Shown here in pieces: positions 1 to 13,848 of a stretch of DNA of 64,000 nucleotides (position 1 is the stretch's first letter; the number at the start of each line of letters is the position of its first letter). The stretch spans positions 62,001-126,000 of the forward strand of contig NMRA01000735.1 in NCBI GenBank assembly GCA_002633005.1, in the 5' to 3' direction. Under the pieces are notes generated by a model, which made no database searches, was not told the origin of the DNA, and saw nothing but the letters and a program-made list of their open reading frames with translations. This DNA is from Phoronis australis. Lineage: Eukaryota; Animalia; Phoronida. The position numbers and the translations under genes were made by a program.

Positions 1-299
1 CGTGCCCCAGATGTTGTCCCTCCCTAAGAATGAGTAATTACGGTAAAGTCGCGTGATTTTCGGACACTGAAAATTAATTCCAATAGAAAAAATTCATTCC
101 TGGACGAATCTCGCGAAACATCATTTCTGTGGTGTCCGAATTTGGCGGACCTCCAAATTTGGGTTTCGGCTAGTGTCCCAATTTCGTGGTTGTACATTAT
201 TTCGATAAGCGGTCGTAGTATCAAACATTGCTGGCTCGGTCATTTGATAGCAGCATAATTGCTGGTCAATAAGACTCAAACGGTCTGCGCGATTAATTT

Positions 300-780
300 T
301 TGAAAATCTGGCTTTCCCAATAAGAAATGTGCGTTGTCAACGCATATATACCTTTCTCGACAAGTGTTGGTTCTTCTTTTCAAAGATGCCCTTTCTCAAT
401 ATGAAATATTCGGCTTGCTTCGCCGATGCTCAAAAACTGTTCTCGGCAAGTGACGGAATCTTATCAAAAAATGCGCTATCTCACTTGAAATAGCGGCTGC
501 GTTGTGAAAAAGGAGTCTTCCTGGTGACAAATATGGGCTTTCCAATGACTGGGTCTGGTTTGCGTTGTTGACTCACATGAAACGTTCCAGACAACTGATT
601 CTCTTTTGTAAAAATGCGTTTTCTCAATAAAAATGTCGAGTTTGCGCTGTCAACACACAAAGAGCGCCTCGAAAGGCGCTTTTTTAATATGGTTTCGCAA
701 TAAAAAGCTTTACTTGCGTATTCGACGCACAAAGAGGGTTTCCGACCATCAAAACATGCGCTTTCTCAATTTTAACGAAT
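300..780. repeat. Degenerate short-period repeat array (CTTTCTCAATAA / TTCTCGRCAAGTG motifs), probably a transposon subterminal array
   Basis: Related motifs recur at about 311, 352, 391, 438, 619, 692 and 760, partly at ~40-bp spacing; no credible ORF. Confidence 0.35.
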
Positions 781-2893
781 ATTGCATTAAACGTAACAGT
801 AATGGATGTGGGAACGATTTCAATGAAGAAAGTGACGAACAATGACAAGAACATAGCATATATTTATGTTTGTTCAACGTATCCATGCATTGTCTGCTGG
901 TTACAAACCGAAACGCAAGTTAACGCTGACACGTTTATTTCCATTTTACCTGAAAGCTCAGTTTCAACATGAAAACTTCGAATGAACAATTACCTAAAAT
1001 AGATTACAAAGACAAGCATGATAGTAAAATGAGTAGTTTCTCATCGACTCGTGATCCCCATTCGTCGTTCTGGTAGTCATTGAATTGTTGAAGAAGCGCT
1101 GTCGTTCTACATATGTTTAGGCCTACTGCAAACTATGGGAATGCGTCTACTGGTACAGTGCTGCGCGGCTGAAGACACGATTAACTAACACATTTTATAT
1201 ATAAGGGCGTTGTCTAGAAAGCGAATGCAATTTCGAATGCTACCAACATCAAATTCACCCAACAGTTTTTTACAATTAAAACCTTTCTCATCCACAGCCT
1301 TTGAAACGCCCGATGTTACTCAGTGATACACAGGCGCGTCTTCATGCAACTGAGGTGACCTAACACATCTGGGTTCGCTTACGTTTTTAACCACAGTGAA
1401 AATTCTAACTTGTGAAATCGGTTTGTGGATGAAATGAAACTGATAATCGTTAACATTTTCTGATAATCTGCGTGGAAGACAACAGGGCCGTTTATTCTGG
1501 TCGTCACCAGTTTCGTGCAGCTGTCTCTCTCAGTCAATCCTAATTTTCCNNNNNNNCCCACCAAGACCGTTCTTGCGCCCGTTGGTACAATAGGCTACTG
1601 GGCAGATCACGACTGTTAGAAGAATCGACTAGAGACGACCTGAAAAGAAAAACGAAAACATCGGGGACAGCGTGAACTCATCAAGGGCGCAAGTTAAGAA
1701 CCGGTCAACTATTTATATACTCAATTTTCTTCCTTAATGTATACTTAACCAATTACAATCCATCTATGTCGACCGTTTTCATTCCATTGCGTCACATACA
1801 CGTACATGTACATGTATTTGCTACAGTTACGGAAAATAGTTCTTCCTACAGTTATCTGCTGATGGACGTCACACACTTACAATGAATGCTTAAATTTAAA
1901 GTATGATCACTTGTGAGTTTACTGAAGTCTCATTGTAAGTACAGAAATATTGTTGAAGAATAACAGTGACTATCTGAAGAGGGGAATACATAACAAAATA
2001 AAATATGGAAACACCAAACAAAAATCAAAAACACACTAACCTGTTGCAATAACGCCTTAAACGCGAACGTACTGACCGACTTGCATGAATCGAATGTTAG
2101 TTGAACATTTTAGTAGAACAAAACTGTCTCGTTGAAATTGTCATGGCTTACAGGTTTAAGAAGATCCACCGTAGATTTCCGTATGTAAGTCCAGCAGAAT
2201 ATATGCCCAATTTGCGTATCTTAAAATTTTTCCCTACAATATACCTGGATGCATATCTGAGAATAAAAATGCATGCTTGAAATCTGAAAATAATGCTATT
2301 CCCACTAGAATATAATTAGGGTGAGGTACAGTATTTATACTGTGTTCGTGTATTCGACATTGCCGAGTATAGGCCCTGGTGTATTTTTACATAGACGTTT
2401 GGTTTCCCGAACTTATATTCGGAAATCACTGGTAATACTTCCCCAAATCATTTACCCTTGCTGCAAGTAAGGCATCCCCTCGGATGAAAATAGAACAATA
2501 ATAATTAGCAATGTAACAGTCATTTCTTTCGAATCAAACACAATTAAACACACTTACAGCTGAAATGCCTCTAAAACTATCGCAACTAAAGCATGGTCTG
2601 TAGTTTAAGATCACGTTTTTTTTGTCTCAAAACTATCAACTGAAGGCGGTGACATGGACAAGAAGACATGGTCCTGTGGAAAGTAGATACATGTATGGAA
2701 CTCCAGGTCGGAAACACCTACAGTGTATAAGGTCCCAGGCTCGTTGCATAGGACTGTATTCTTGTTAGCCTACCCCTAGGATCGCAAGAAGCAACGACTA
2801 TCAAATCTGATTCAACTGACTTATCATTTTTCGAAATGATGGAGGATTTTCTTACGGTTGCCGCAGACAGAGATCGAGTACCACAGGGTACCG

Positions 2894-3041
2894 CTTGGGC
2901 GGCTCAGCACTAAAAAGGTGGGGGCTAAAGCCCCCTCAGTTCCCTGTGGTGCATCGCCTATTGACCATGCGTGGCGTAGCACTGAAAAAAGTGGGAGGTT
3001 ATAGCCCCCCCCCCCCAGTCCCCTATGGTGCGCCGCCCATG
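2894..3041. mobile_element. Head-to-tail dimer of a ~70-75 bp hairpin mini-MITE
   Basis: Two related units (2894-2963, 2966-3041), each with GC-rich inverted ends (e.g. CATGCGTGGCG...CGCCGCCCATG) and an internal GG...AGCCCCC core. Confidence 0.5.
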
Positions 3042-4092
3042 TCCCGGTGTCCTCAGTTGTCGGGATTCATCTTAATCTCGGGATACCATGAAGTCCAGGG
3101 TGTTGTACCTCAGACGGTACAAGGCGCGAATTAACAAGACCACAAGTACACAGACCAGTGGATGAGCAAGCAAAATTAGGTCGCTGCATATTCAATCTTT
3201 TTTAGGTCTATATAGGGGTAAAGCTCGTAACGCTAGGACTTCACCAAAAAGCAAAAATTCATGAAATTACTTGACATATTGTGTATTGTCAGTTGAAAAC
3301 GTGAATTTGGCTAGATTTTTCTATTCCCAAGACAGCTACTGAACCCTACCCTAGTCTTCGTCCAGGGCCGCCAGGGTTAGAATCTCACGAGCACGCTAGT
3401 CTGAAGACTTCGAGACGTATGGTCAAGTATTGCAAGCGAAGCACACGATCACACTAGCTTCTTAAGCGAGATTCTTGCATCTGTGATGCTTATCAGAGAT
3501 AGAGAAATTGTAAGGGTAGTGAAGCGTGGTTACGTGGGTGTACACCTGTACAGTGTATATTAGTTTTTGATATGTGTTATAGTACAGGCACTTACACATC
3601 ATAAGGTAGGGATGCAGTGTCCCTGTAGCAATTGCGTGTACGGCACTGCGCCAGCGCGCCGTTCTGAGTGCTGGGCCTTACATGTACTTTCCCGTAGTAG
3701 TCTATAGTTACCTCTTACCGCGGGGTACTACTCTTTTCTTTTGTATAAGCTACACCACCGTACCCGTACACAAGTCGAGAACACCCGGCGAGAGAAAAGG
3801 TCAAGACTTTACAGCAACACTCCCGCTCACATTTAAAATCGGCAATAAATTCAGACACTGTGACATCGATTCCAGTAAACAAGCTTGCACCGATAAGTTC
3901 CATTATAATAAGCGTCGGCTCGCGGTTCTGACCGCCATGATGGCTGAACTCTTTTGCACCCACCACACGCTTATGCTGTTGATATTAATATCATTATTTA
4001 GGCGAAAGGGATTCGTGCAGCATCAAAAGAAATTGTCGTCGCCGCAGCCATCGTCGTTATTTGTACCTGTTGATCGTACAAATTCCTTGAAG

Positions 4093-7000
4093 CCCCGGCC
4101 AACCCGCCATCGAAAACGACCGAAAGGCGATCGAGAACGAAATTTGGCGCGGGAGCGAAGCCAAACAAGATGAGTGAATTTGGTGAATTTTCGTTGTTTT
4201 TACTTCCAATGTGAAAACAGAGACATGAGTTCAAGGCGTAACACATACATGGAGGGCAGGTAGAGGTTTAGGCTAGTGTCTCTTCCAACCATAGGAGAAT
4301 AGTAACGTTGACCGAGGCATCGCTTAAGCCGAAGGTGATTTGTGTGTCATTTTGGTAAATTGCCGTTATTTTTGGCACTAAATCAACTGACAATGGAGTT
4401 ATGAAGAAATGACGTGTGAAAATATAACGCATTGCTTGTTTTTTTTTTGTAGTTTTGTCAGGATCTCTGATTTTTGGACGCTTTTCTGCTGAAAGCTGCG
4501 ATCAAGAACGCAACAATAAGCGATCGGGAACGTAAAATTGTGTTTGTTTATGCGATCGGGAACGCATCGTGGTGTGTCGAACAGTGATGAACTTTTTACT
4601 TAAAAAACGTGAAAAAGGTTACAAAATAAGTGTAGTGCAATGAATTAATCCCATTCTGTGTCAATACTGTGTTATTTTCGTATCAAAACTGAACAAAAAC
4701 ATAGCATATTCCATTGAATTGCCATGGGCACTACATGTACATGTACATCAAGCATATATTTAGTTTCACAAGCGAATTTATTCATATTTCAGGAAACAAG
4801 TTCACGTTTATTGTGAGGCGAGCTTCAACGAACATGTTACCCACGAGGTAAAGGCACACCCTACCAGGGTTTTGAAAAATACAGGCATCTACTTTGAGAC
4901 GAAACCACTGAAAACAAAGGTTTCTAAACTGAAGACTCACCCAGGAGTTGTTCCATGTGGCGTGTCAGCCAGGGGTAAACAAATGGTTGCAGCACCGATG
5001 AAAGCGATGGTAGAATCTTCCTGTAAAATTGTGACAACAAAAGAAAAAAAAACAAATAGCAGTGAATTCAAAGAATGATGATGAGCTTGCCCATGGCATG
5101 AAGAGAGAGGGGAGTGCGGTAACACTTCACGAGATGATTCAAAGATTCCCACTCATAAACTCCTGGAATCTAAAAATTGGCCAGAAGTTGTGTAAACTGA
5201 TGTGGGTGGAATTTTACTTGATGTTTTAATAATAAAATCCATACAGAGATGAACAGATTGACTTGTGGCACCCGTGTGGCTTGAATGTACGTTGTGTTTG
5301 ACTCTTTTGTTTTGTAGTCTTAGTCCTAAGTTCACCTGCATCATCAGTTCATGATCTCCAGTTTAATGTGACTCTGAAAAAGACTGAGACAATTATAATA
5401 CACATACTATATTGTGATTTTCTCAAAACATAGTCAACATGTTGTCATTAAGGTCACTTCAACTCCACACTGTAGTGATTTACACAAGAAATCAACAGTA
5501 TTGTGGCATTTCTATTATAATAGTAATCTTTTATCACACTTACTTCAAAGTTGGTGTTACAAAATATATAAATTTATTGCTTTAGGGAAATCAACATGAA
5601 AAATCCATTGAACATTCCAACGAATTACTTTTGGAATGTACTAGACTAAATCGTCACTGAATCATAGACTATGTACTTAGGACTGGTTGATTGTATAATA
5701 GTCTCTTACACGAAATCAACAACTATATGAAAGCGATTTCTACAATAATCAAAGACTTAAATATATATTTTCTTTTGAAATACTAATTGGTCAGAACAAT
5801 TGTACATGCTAGTATTGCCCAATGACACTTAGTATGACCATTTAAATCTACCTAAACACTACAAAAATGTACTGGTTCTGTAAAAGATCATTTCGAAATA
5901 ACACGAATATAGAAAGAAACTTGTGGAAAAGGTTCAAAACAAAACGTCAAAATATCACATTAGACAACTACAAAACAAAAACTCTGTAAATCTTAATAAA
6001 TTATAATGATTTAACAACCTTTACCACTGGACTTAATGGTTTCATTCATGACGTTTCTGTTTGCTATGCCTGCAGAAAGAGGTATTCTGTTTGCATGACA
6101 TGCCACAGTCATCACAAAAAGGAGTGTCCTCGTGCTGTGACGCAATGTCGCATCAGGCTTACTCTTTCCGTGAAACATTGATCACAGATAGGACACTGAA
6201 TCGACTTGGTTCCTGAGCAGGATGCTACCTGCTCTGTTTTACTATATTGGTAAAAAATTCCTGACACATGCAATGTGTCAATCACAGGGCTGGCAAAGGT
6301 CCTGCTTTGTTGCCATGTGGTCATACTAAGTCAATTTCTTAGTTCCTTAACCGGGCTCCACAACACACACACACACTCAGTTGCGACATGCATCAGTTGT
6401 ACTTCTCTTTCTTGGAAGCGTGGACGTTAACACTCTGATGGACTCGTTGTGTGGCTACAGTTCAACTGAAAAAATCCAACGCATTCACTTAATATGTTTG
6501 TTAGACTAAATCTCACTTAGAAATAATGAAAAAAAACGACGAAATGTAATTAATTACCAACCCATCAACTAATTCAGTTTCCTTCTTATTCCAAAATTAT
6601 TGACACAATACCGTTAACTTGAACGATTATTCAGGCCGATGCAGAGAAAAAATGTGCGTTCACGATAGCCATAGGGAGTTAACGGCATCGTTCCCGATCG
6701 CCGTCTCACATAAGGACCAGCTTGTATTTGTAAATACATGTATCTCAAATTATTTCACAAATCATAACTAACACGGGTGTCACCAGGGACGATTAAACTA
6801 TAAACGTCAAACGTATCTTCTTAAGAACCCTGGAATTGCTAATAAGAAAAAAAAAATTTCGATTTTACGAGGCGCAAGGCAATTTACCGATAGCCATTGC
6901 TTTCCGAGCTCTATATTTTAAGAAATAAGCAAAAGCCAAGTATTATTTCAGATCCACAACAAAGGTTACACTCTGACGCTTTTCTGTGCATATCATTCGT

Positions 7001-7133
7001 ACAAATGTGGCCTCTATTTAAGCAGAAAATGACACTTGAACTCATCGGGTACGTCACTGTCGTCTGCCATTTTTGGTGCAAGGTCTCGTTCTCGATCGTC
7101 TTCCTGGCGTTCTCGATCGCGGGTTGGCCGGGG
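4093..7133 (-). mobile_element. ~3.0 kb non-autonomous TIR DNA transposon, CACTA/EnSpm-like
   Basis: TIR CCCCGGCCAACCCG at 4093 and CGGGTTGGCCGGGG ending at 7133, with ~55 bp imperfect extension. Subterminal GCGATCGRGAACG repeats at ~4127, 4520, 4552 and inverted at ~6688, 7088, 7108. Decayed internal coding fragments lie on the minus strand. TSD not clean. Confidence 0.65.
6112..6330 (-). pseudogene. Decayed C2H2 zinc-finger fragment inside the EnSpm-like element
   Basis: CPICDQCFTERVSLMRHCVTARGH (CxxC...H...H); flanking frames are interrupted by stops. Confidence 0.45.
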
Positions 7134-7842
7134 TGTCCCATGTCCATGCAACTGTGTTCGACACCATCAGTGACGTGTCAGCGTGTTACAAAAGACGTGC
7201 CAGTGGAGAGCCGTCACAAGGTGGCGTTCCATAACTTCTAATACGCTGACGCGTCAGTGATGCTGTTGATGTTCTTAAAATAATCAATCAGTGATAAGGT
7301 TGTACAGTGTGCTGACCAAACCAATGATATGGTAGTGACCGACAATTGCAAAGGCTGAGCAGTGGACAAAAAGAAACAATATAGAAAATGGCCAGCATAC
7401 AAAAACACAACCTACACATAGCCCGTCTCCACTGAGCAGCATGACTAGTAATATATTTTCACTGATTAACTAAATAGAACCTAAAAGGACGCAGCAACTG
7501 TTGGCAAAGAACTGAGAACATCATCCCAGGTCACCGCATCAAGGCCTCGTCACCCACAGCGTTGCGCTCGCTTATTCGGAATACAGTCTTTCGTGTATAA
7601 CAATTCTGGCTGTACATACGACCCCAACGCAGAAGCCCCCGTTGTACATTTAAGGCGATTTTTTTCAAATGAGACATTCTTATTTACTCTCTAAGTGGAC
7701 GGAACGGTTCTGCAGTTTTTATATCCACGTTGGGCCGTAGAACTGGTATGAAGAAAATCTATACCTTACTCTAAACTTGTTTAGAACGTAACTTTTACTT
7801 CCTAAGTTAGCATTTTCTTAACTAACAGTTCAACTTTTGCCA

Positions 7843-7985
7843 TGCGGAATATTCCGCAATGACTGCGGAATATTCCATAAAGTGTGCGTAATATTCCGCA
7901 GACTTTGCAGAATATTACGCAGTTGCAAAATATTGCGAAATTTGTGCGGAATGCTGTATATGTATGTATATTTTGTGGAATTTCT
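7843..7985. repeat. ~21-bp minisatellite built on the palindrome TGCGGAATATTCCGCA
   Basis: About 6 diverged copies are directly visible. Confidence 0.75.
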
Positions 7986-8329
7986 GAGTAAATTGGACCA
8001 GCAGAAAGTTTACTTATTGGAAACAGGACTTAATACTCTAAAACACCTAATTGATGCTCTCAAATTTCAAATCGAACGACAGTTTATTGTTAACAATCAA
8101 TGTGACACTGAGAAAGGTTCTGCATGCGGAACGTTTCAGCAAACAGAATAGTTGTGTTGAGCATTATGTTTTTAATTTTTCGTGCGCAATCAAGTCAAAT
8201 GCATTCCCTTCTCAATAACATTTCAAAGTATCATTGTGACAATACTAACAATAATTAGTTCCTCCATTGAACACATGCGGGATGGCGGCGCATGCGGAAC
8301 GGTGTCACACTGGAACAACAACAAACTTC

Positions 8330-8612
8330 CCGAATTCCCAAACAGAACATTAGAACTTCTCTCTGACATACAAGCCCAACCATCTGAAGTCAGAAAACTC
8401 TTAGACAAATTGACGAAAACAAAAACAACGATACCAATCTCATAACCAATAAAATGATCAAGATGATAGCAAGAGAGCTTACACTTCCTCTGACAACATT
8501 ACACAACAAAATACTACAATCTGTAAAATTTCCTTCGAACTGGAAGCTTGGCGTTATGATACCAATACACAAAAATACCTCGAAAAACCGACATTGCCAA
8601 CTATCGCCCCAT
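8330..8612 (+). mobile_element. CR1/L2-type LINE reverse transcriptase fragment (N-terminal RT region)
   Basis: QPSEVRKLLDKL...MIKMIARELTLPLTTLHNKILQSVKFPSNWKLGVMIPIHK...NYRP, with frameshifts. Confidence 0.75.
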
Positions 8613-11600
8613 ACATGTAGGCTTTATAGCAAGTTTAGACAAGTCTGCTCTTGCTCAATCTCACATTGTGTCTTATATTGGGGGTCTGTTTCGATAAGGC
8701 AAAGTAATGGTTTTTCCTATTGCAGACCGAGTGGCGAGTCTATAACTTTCATCTCTGCGCTTATTGAAACCACCATACGACTCGAGACTTTCTAGTTTTG
8801 TTAGGGGGGTCGCATTTTGCATAATCCAAGTACATACCATTACTTCAGGTCAAAATTTAGGTGTTTCAGTAACCAATGTGTCAAACAACAATTTAACCAT
8901 TTTACGGGTTCTTTTGAATGATTGTCTGAATGTTCCTACCTTACAAGGTTCATCGAGAACTGCTAACATTACTTGGGCAGGGTATCGGTCAATGTTATCT
9001 GCTGTATTATTACCACTGAGTACATTCCCAGTGAGGCAGCATCCTTGCGTCGGTCGGCTGTTAAGAGGCACCTGCAATGGGTTATCTCTTGAGAAACTTT
9101 TCCTGATCAAGGCTTATTTCTTGTTTTATGGCCTTGAAAGGTGCTCCTTGGGATGAAATCCAAAATAAAATATCTCACTCGGAAAACTTATTTTATTATT
9201 TCCATTATGTCTTTCAGAAGCTGCAAAGACTTATTTTTAGGTGAAAGTTCACCATTTGTCCAAATATGACATTTACCTTCCAAGCGAAAAACAGCCAGTC
9301 ACTTTTTAATCTAGGATTTTCTAAGACCAAAATTGTGGACCCTAAGCGTAGCATGTCGATATACCTCTCGAGAGCAGAGGAATTTCCAAGTCTCTGAATA
9401 CCAACAGTTTGTTGTTGTCATTTGCATGTAGTAACGAAATAAGTTGTTAAAAACCATTAGACTGGCTTATATGTAAATGTATGACTTTAATCCTACTGTA
9501 AGTTTGCTCCAAGTCGTATTGTAATACGCTTTGCTCGTAGCACGGACCCTTTGTGTGTTTTCTCAAACGGTGTGCCTACATGTACATGTACTTAGTCATT
9601 TGGCCTTTTGGTGACTGGTATTCAAAGTTCACCTTACTTAAACACTTTTTGCAAGCAGTAAGTGAGAATTTTTTGGCATTGAGTTTGTGTATCTTTTCCG
9701 TTATGAATGCGTTGCTGCACCTTCTTGTGCGGGTTACTCTACAGGAGATAAGTTTTTCATATAGTTTTATTCACTTTTGAGCACTGAGTTTAGTCTCAGG
9801 TTTATCTTTAATCCTGATTGGTGGTTTCGACATTTGAAGCCAGTTTGAATATATATGTAGACATATATTTGTTTTGTATGTATTTTCTGAAACGTACACC
9901 CACATCCTCCTCGACATTTTAATCAAGTTTATACATAGCCAAGTTTAAGGTATTGCATAGGACATAAAATTGAACAATTTGTTATCAAATTGTACTGTTA
10001 TGAGTATATATTTACCTTGTAGTTACCAATTCTCTCACTCCATCCCCTTGAACTTTCAGTTTCCTGGTTGGTTGCACAAAAAGGGGGGAATCAATAACCC
10101 CATGCCGCCCTAGCTTATGTGGGATCATATTGGTTAGATTGGTAATCAAGTAGTTCAAAGCGCCACTTTTCGGTGACTGAAAGAACTGCGGGCATAACAA
10201 AGAATAAAAATAAATAATTTTAAGGAAAGTACATTTTCACAAAATTACATTTTGATGACAAAGTGGCCAATTATCACTGACAGTCTATATTGGCTGATAC
10301 TTCGCCGGGTCAAAAATGGAAAGCTTTCAAGCCATCTGCAATTAAAGATAATATAGTAATCGTGTTCTCTAAGGTAAAAATAATACTTATTGCCGACATC
10401 CTGACCATAGAAACAGCAAGTGTTATATGGTGTAATTTCACGAAACGATTAATTTGAGCATTAACAAAAATCAAACCAATCGACTGACGATTTATTAAAC
10501 CGGAGGACCCAAGGTAATTGACAGTTTACCAAGTAGAGCTCACGGTAAATTAGCTTGGTTTCAACATCGAAATTCAAAAGTGACATGGTATATTTATCGA
10601 AACGATATAAAAGTATTCTGCGGATTGCAAGCGGTACACAGTTTACTACCTTATTTTTGTGAAGTTACAATCAAAGCGTTCAACCACCAATACATCGGTT
10701 TCATCTACATGTACGTACACCAAGAATCGAATACAGCGTGACGGCACCAGCCTTTGCTAGTCACAATGCCATACCGGAGAGCACGCACAACATATCCTAC
10801 CCAATCCAGCTTGTTGACTTACCCCACTTAACCAGTCTGCAAAATAAACTGCTGAATGGCCTACACCAAAAGACGAAGAGATTACAAAAAGCGTAACGTT
10901 TCAAAATGTATTTTAAGATAAGTGTTCAAAAAGTTCTTCATTAATGAAGTCGCGCATGGACTTTTTATAGTTCTGCTCCACGTGCCTTAGTCTTTTCGTC
11001 CCGGAACAACACCCCCGGAACACGCCCCTTCTCCAACACTTGTTATGCAAAAACAGGGGTTATGTTTCCGTCACCTTATACATTGTGCTCGTGTCATTAG
11101 AACGTCTACCTCCCCCCAGACATTGGCCACGGATACAGTCACGTTTACCTTTAGATTTGTGAGAATGAAGTACAACTGTATTTTACAAGTGAAATAGTGT
11201 CCTCTATTTCAGATGCACTGCAAAGAACCCGCAGATGCTCAGCTGTGAATTGCTATCTTTCATGCACATTTTCGGGCAAGGGTGCTGGTGTTTGCCAAGG
11301 GTCAACTTGTAAGTGCCAAGCGTAGGTACGTACAAGTCTAACATTTTACAAATTCAACTGGAATGGTTATACGTTGTTTTGGTCTGCGACTAAAGGTTTT
11401 TTGAAAACTGCGCCTCATTGTTTAAAGAAGAAAAGAGCACATTTGGCAATTGTGTTCCAAAAGCTACACAAACGTAATTAACAACATTTTGTGGTAACTT
11501 AAATATATAAAATCACCACCTTAGTTGCGAGTGGTTTGGTTCTGGGTTGTGACCAACTGCATAAACTCCCCGAGAATGTACTACCGTCCCCTGTTGATCG

Positions 11601-12399
11601 GAGCGGTACTGCCGCGTCATTGAACCGTCGGGGCTGGAAAAATCATGTACCACTTTAGCGTATATCATGTGACTTCGAAAAATGTAAACCTACATGCATG
11701 CCGTATCAATTCTCAAAAACATCGGCCAGGACCTATTATGAATTTTAGTCTAAACAAAATCCTTTTAAAATTTAATAATACGACAGAAGAGTTTGTTTTC
11801 TGCTTTCTCAATAATGGATCGAGTTCAGTGGCGTTGGGACCTCCCTGGAAAACCACGACTGCACGAAATTACGCGAGATAGTGCTGTGCATTTTAAATAA
11901 AAAACGCGTGATTTTGGCTAAATTGTTCCGGCCGCAAGACAGGTATTGTACTATCCTTTTATGATACCACGTAACGTGTGGGGCAGAATCAAGTCGAAGC
12001 TTTTTAAACAGGAAGGCGGCGATTGCAAGATGATGATGAAAAACTATTCGGGACAAATGCCCGGTTGCCTCTATGAAACTGACCCAAGATGAGACTCAAC
12101 TGAGCTTCCTAAATTTATTGCAGAGTTTTAGTTTTGTTACTAAGTCAAATCGAGAGTGTACTCTACGTTTAGGAATTATGAATAAGTTAACTTTAGCAGT
12201 TATTGCTATTTTTTAAAAAAATATCTGTTCATCAATTTAAACGTTAGCGTTTTTACAAAGATGGTGACATTTAAGACGGCGGTGATTACAGGGCATACAT
12301 CCAGTTGAAGAAATTGGTGAAAAAATACGATCTTTTGAAACGTTCTGAGAAAGAATTGTTCCGACGTGGTAAAGCTGAGTGGATCCTTCTGCTGGGCAT

Positions 12400-13848
12400 A
12401 GACCCTATTCACGCGGCGGCCATTAAGATCCAAAGCGAGGCTCACTGCGATAAACAAAGCGAAAGTAGACATTGCGTGAGTTAAATAGCCGGTCTTTCGA
12501 GTCCAACCTGGACATTAAATTTTAGTGATGTGTCGACAATTAACCACAGAGACGTAGAAAATTACATTAGAGAATAAGTTAAGGCGCCAAAGAGTTGTCC
12601 GAGGAAAGGGTTTAATTTTTTCCGGAAAACTAGGTTCGAAACATAAAAAGTAAATATGACCAAATTGCGGCGATCGTAGTGTTACGGATTAGGTATTATG
12701 CTGAATGCAGGGTTACGTTTTTTCTTGTAAATTGTTGATCAAAATACTTTCTACGCGGACCAGGTCATCTGCTCGTATTGTTGACGAGTTGAAGANNNNN
12801 NNNNNNNNNNNNNNNNNNNNNNNNNNNTCAATTTCAGTTAACTGGACAATGCAATCATAGTCATCATGTTTCTGCAGGAGCCTCTTTCATCCGAGGGGAA
12901 AGGTGCCAGTGCCTACTGAGAGGCGATTTTTTCGACCCGAGTGAGGGCGGGAACAATCTACCTTCCGATCACCATCAATAGCACCCCCGCCCTGTTGCAA
13001 GCTCTCATAGGCTCTGCCTCAATTTAAAGTAGCTTTTTGTGCTCTTAAAAATTGTCACCTGTGTGGTTACAGGTGATGTGAACTCAGAGAGATTTTTCAC
13101 TAGGAGAATTTTTATGCCTCATGGGGGGAATTTCGCGTGATATTTCAATATGTTTGAGAGGCGAATAGGGCCGATATTGTGCCCCAAATTTGAGGGATTG
13201 AGGGCCCTGTCCTTTTTGGAAGGAAAAATTATGTTTCAACCCGTAGCAGGGGCGGATCCAGGTTTTTCAATTGGGGGTCAGGGCAAGGAATAAGCACCAT
13301 TTCGGCAGATGCGCGCGCCCAGCCTAAAATCTGGGGATGCAGGGGTCTTGAATTCTTGGGTTTGCGGACCTGTTGACTAAAAAAAAACGGTAAACGGGGT
13401 TCATTCAGCGCTTATGCGTTGTTTATTCACCCCCCAACACCCGCCCTGGTTGCGCACGTGTGCTAGTCAGCAATTCGCACCCGAACTCAAAAATGGGATC
13501 TGGGTCATGAAAACACAGCCTGGGTGGCCCATTCTCCGGTCGTTACTATGATCGATGGCTTGACAATTAAACTGACCGAGATGCGACAAAATATGATCTA
13601 ACTTTTCGAAAACATTTATAAATTTTACACGGACATATTTTGCTTCGTCGCGGCGTATGGCAACGACCCAACGCTTCCGAATCTCAACATCTTTAGAGAT
13701 TGTAAAGCAGACAGTTGCGTGTTCGTATTTTTTCTAGCCGTTCGCGGAACAACACGGACTGAAACACAGAACTATGCCGATAAGCTAACAGAGCTATCGT
13801 AGCGAGCCTCGTTTTGGAATGCGCCTCCTGTCGGCGTGAATAGGGTCT
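12400..13848. mobile_element. Non-autonomous TIR element with AT flanks, ISL2EU/PIF-Harbinger-like; spans a gap
   Basis: AT|AGACCCTATTCACGC ... GCGTGAATAGGGTCT|AT; the imperfect TIR continues (TCCAAAGCGAGGCTCACTGCGATA vs reverse complement of ~13795-13818). Confidence 0.65.
13245..13462. mobile_element. Nested short MITE (CAGGGGCGGATCCAGG-type terminus, hAT-like)
   Basis: 5' CAGGGGCGGATCCAGG; degenerate 3' end CCCGCCCTGGTTGCGCACGTG. Confidence 0.4.

Noticed and set aside
3682-4173. 163-aa ORF as a gene
   Set aside because: It has no recognisable domain, starts within a TACATGTA motif and runs across a transposon TIR boundary
12880-13000. tRNA-derived SINE (CCCCTCGGATGAAA shared with ~2476)
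   Set aside because: No recognisable A/B boxes or tRNA cloverleaf; the match is too short
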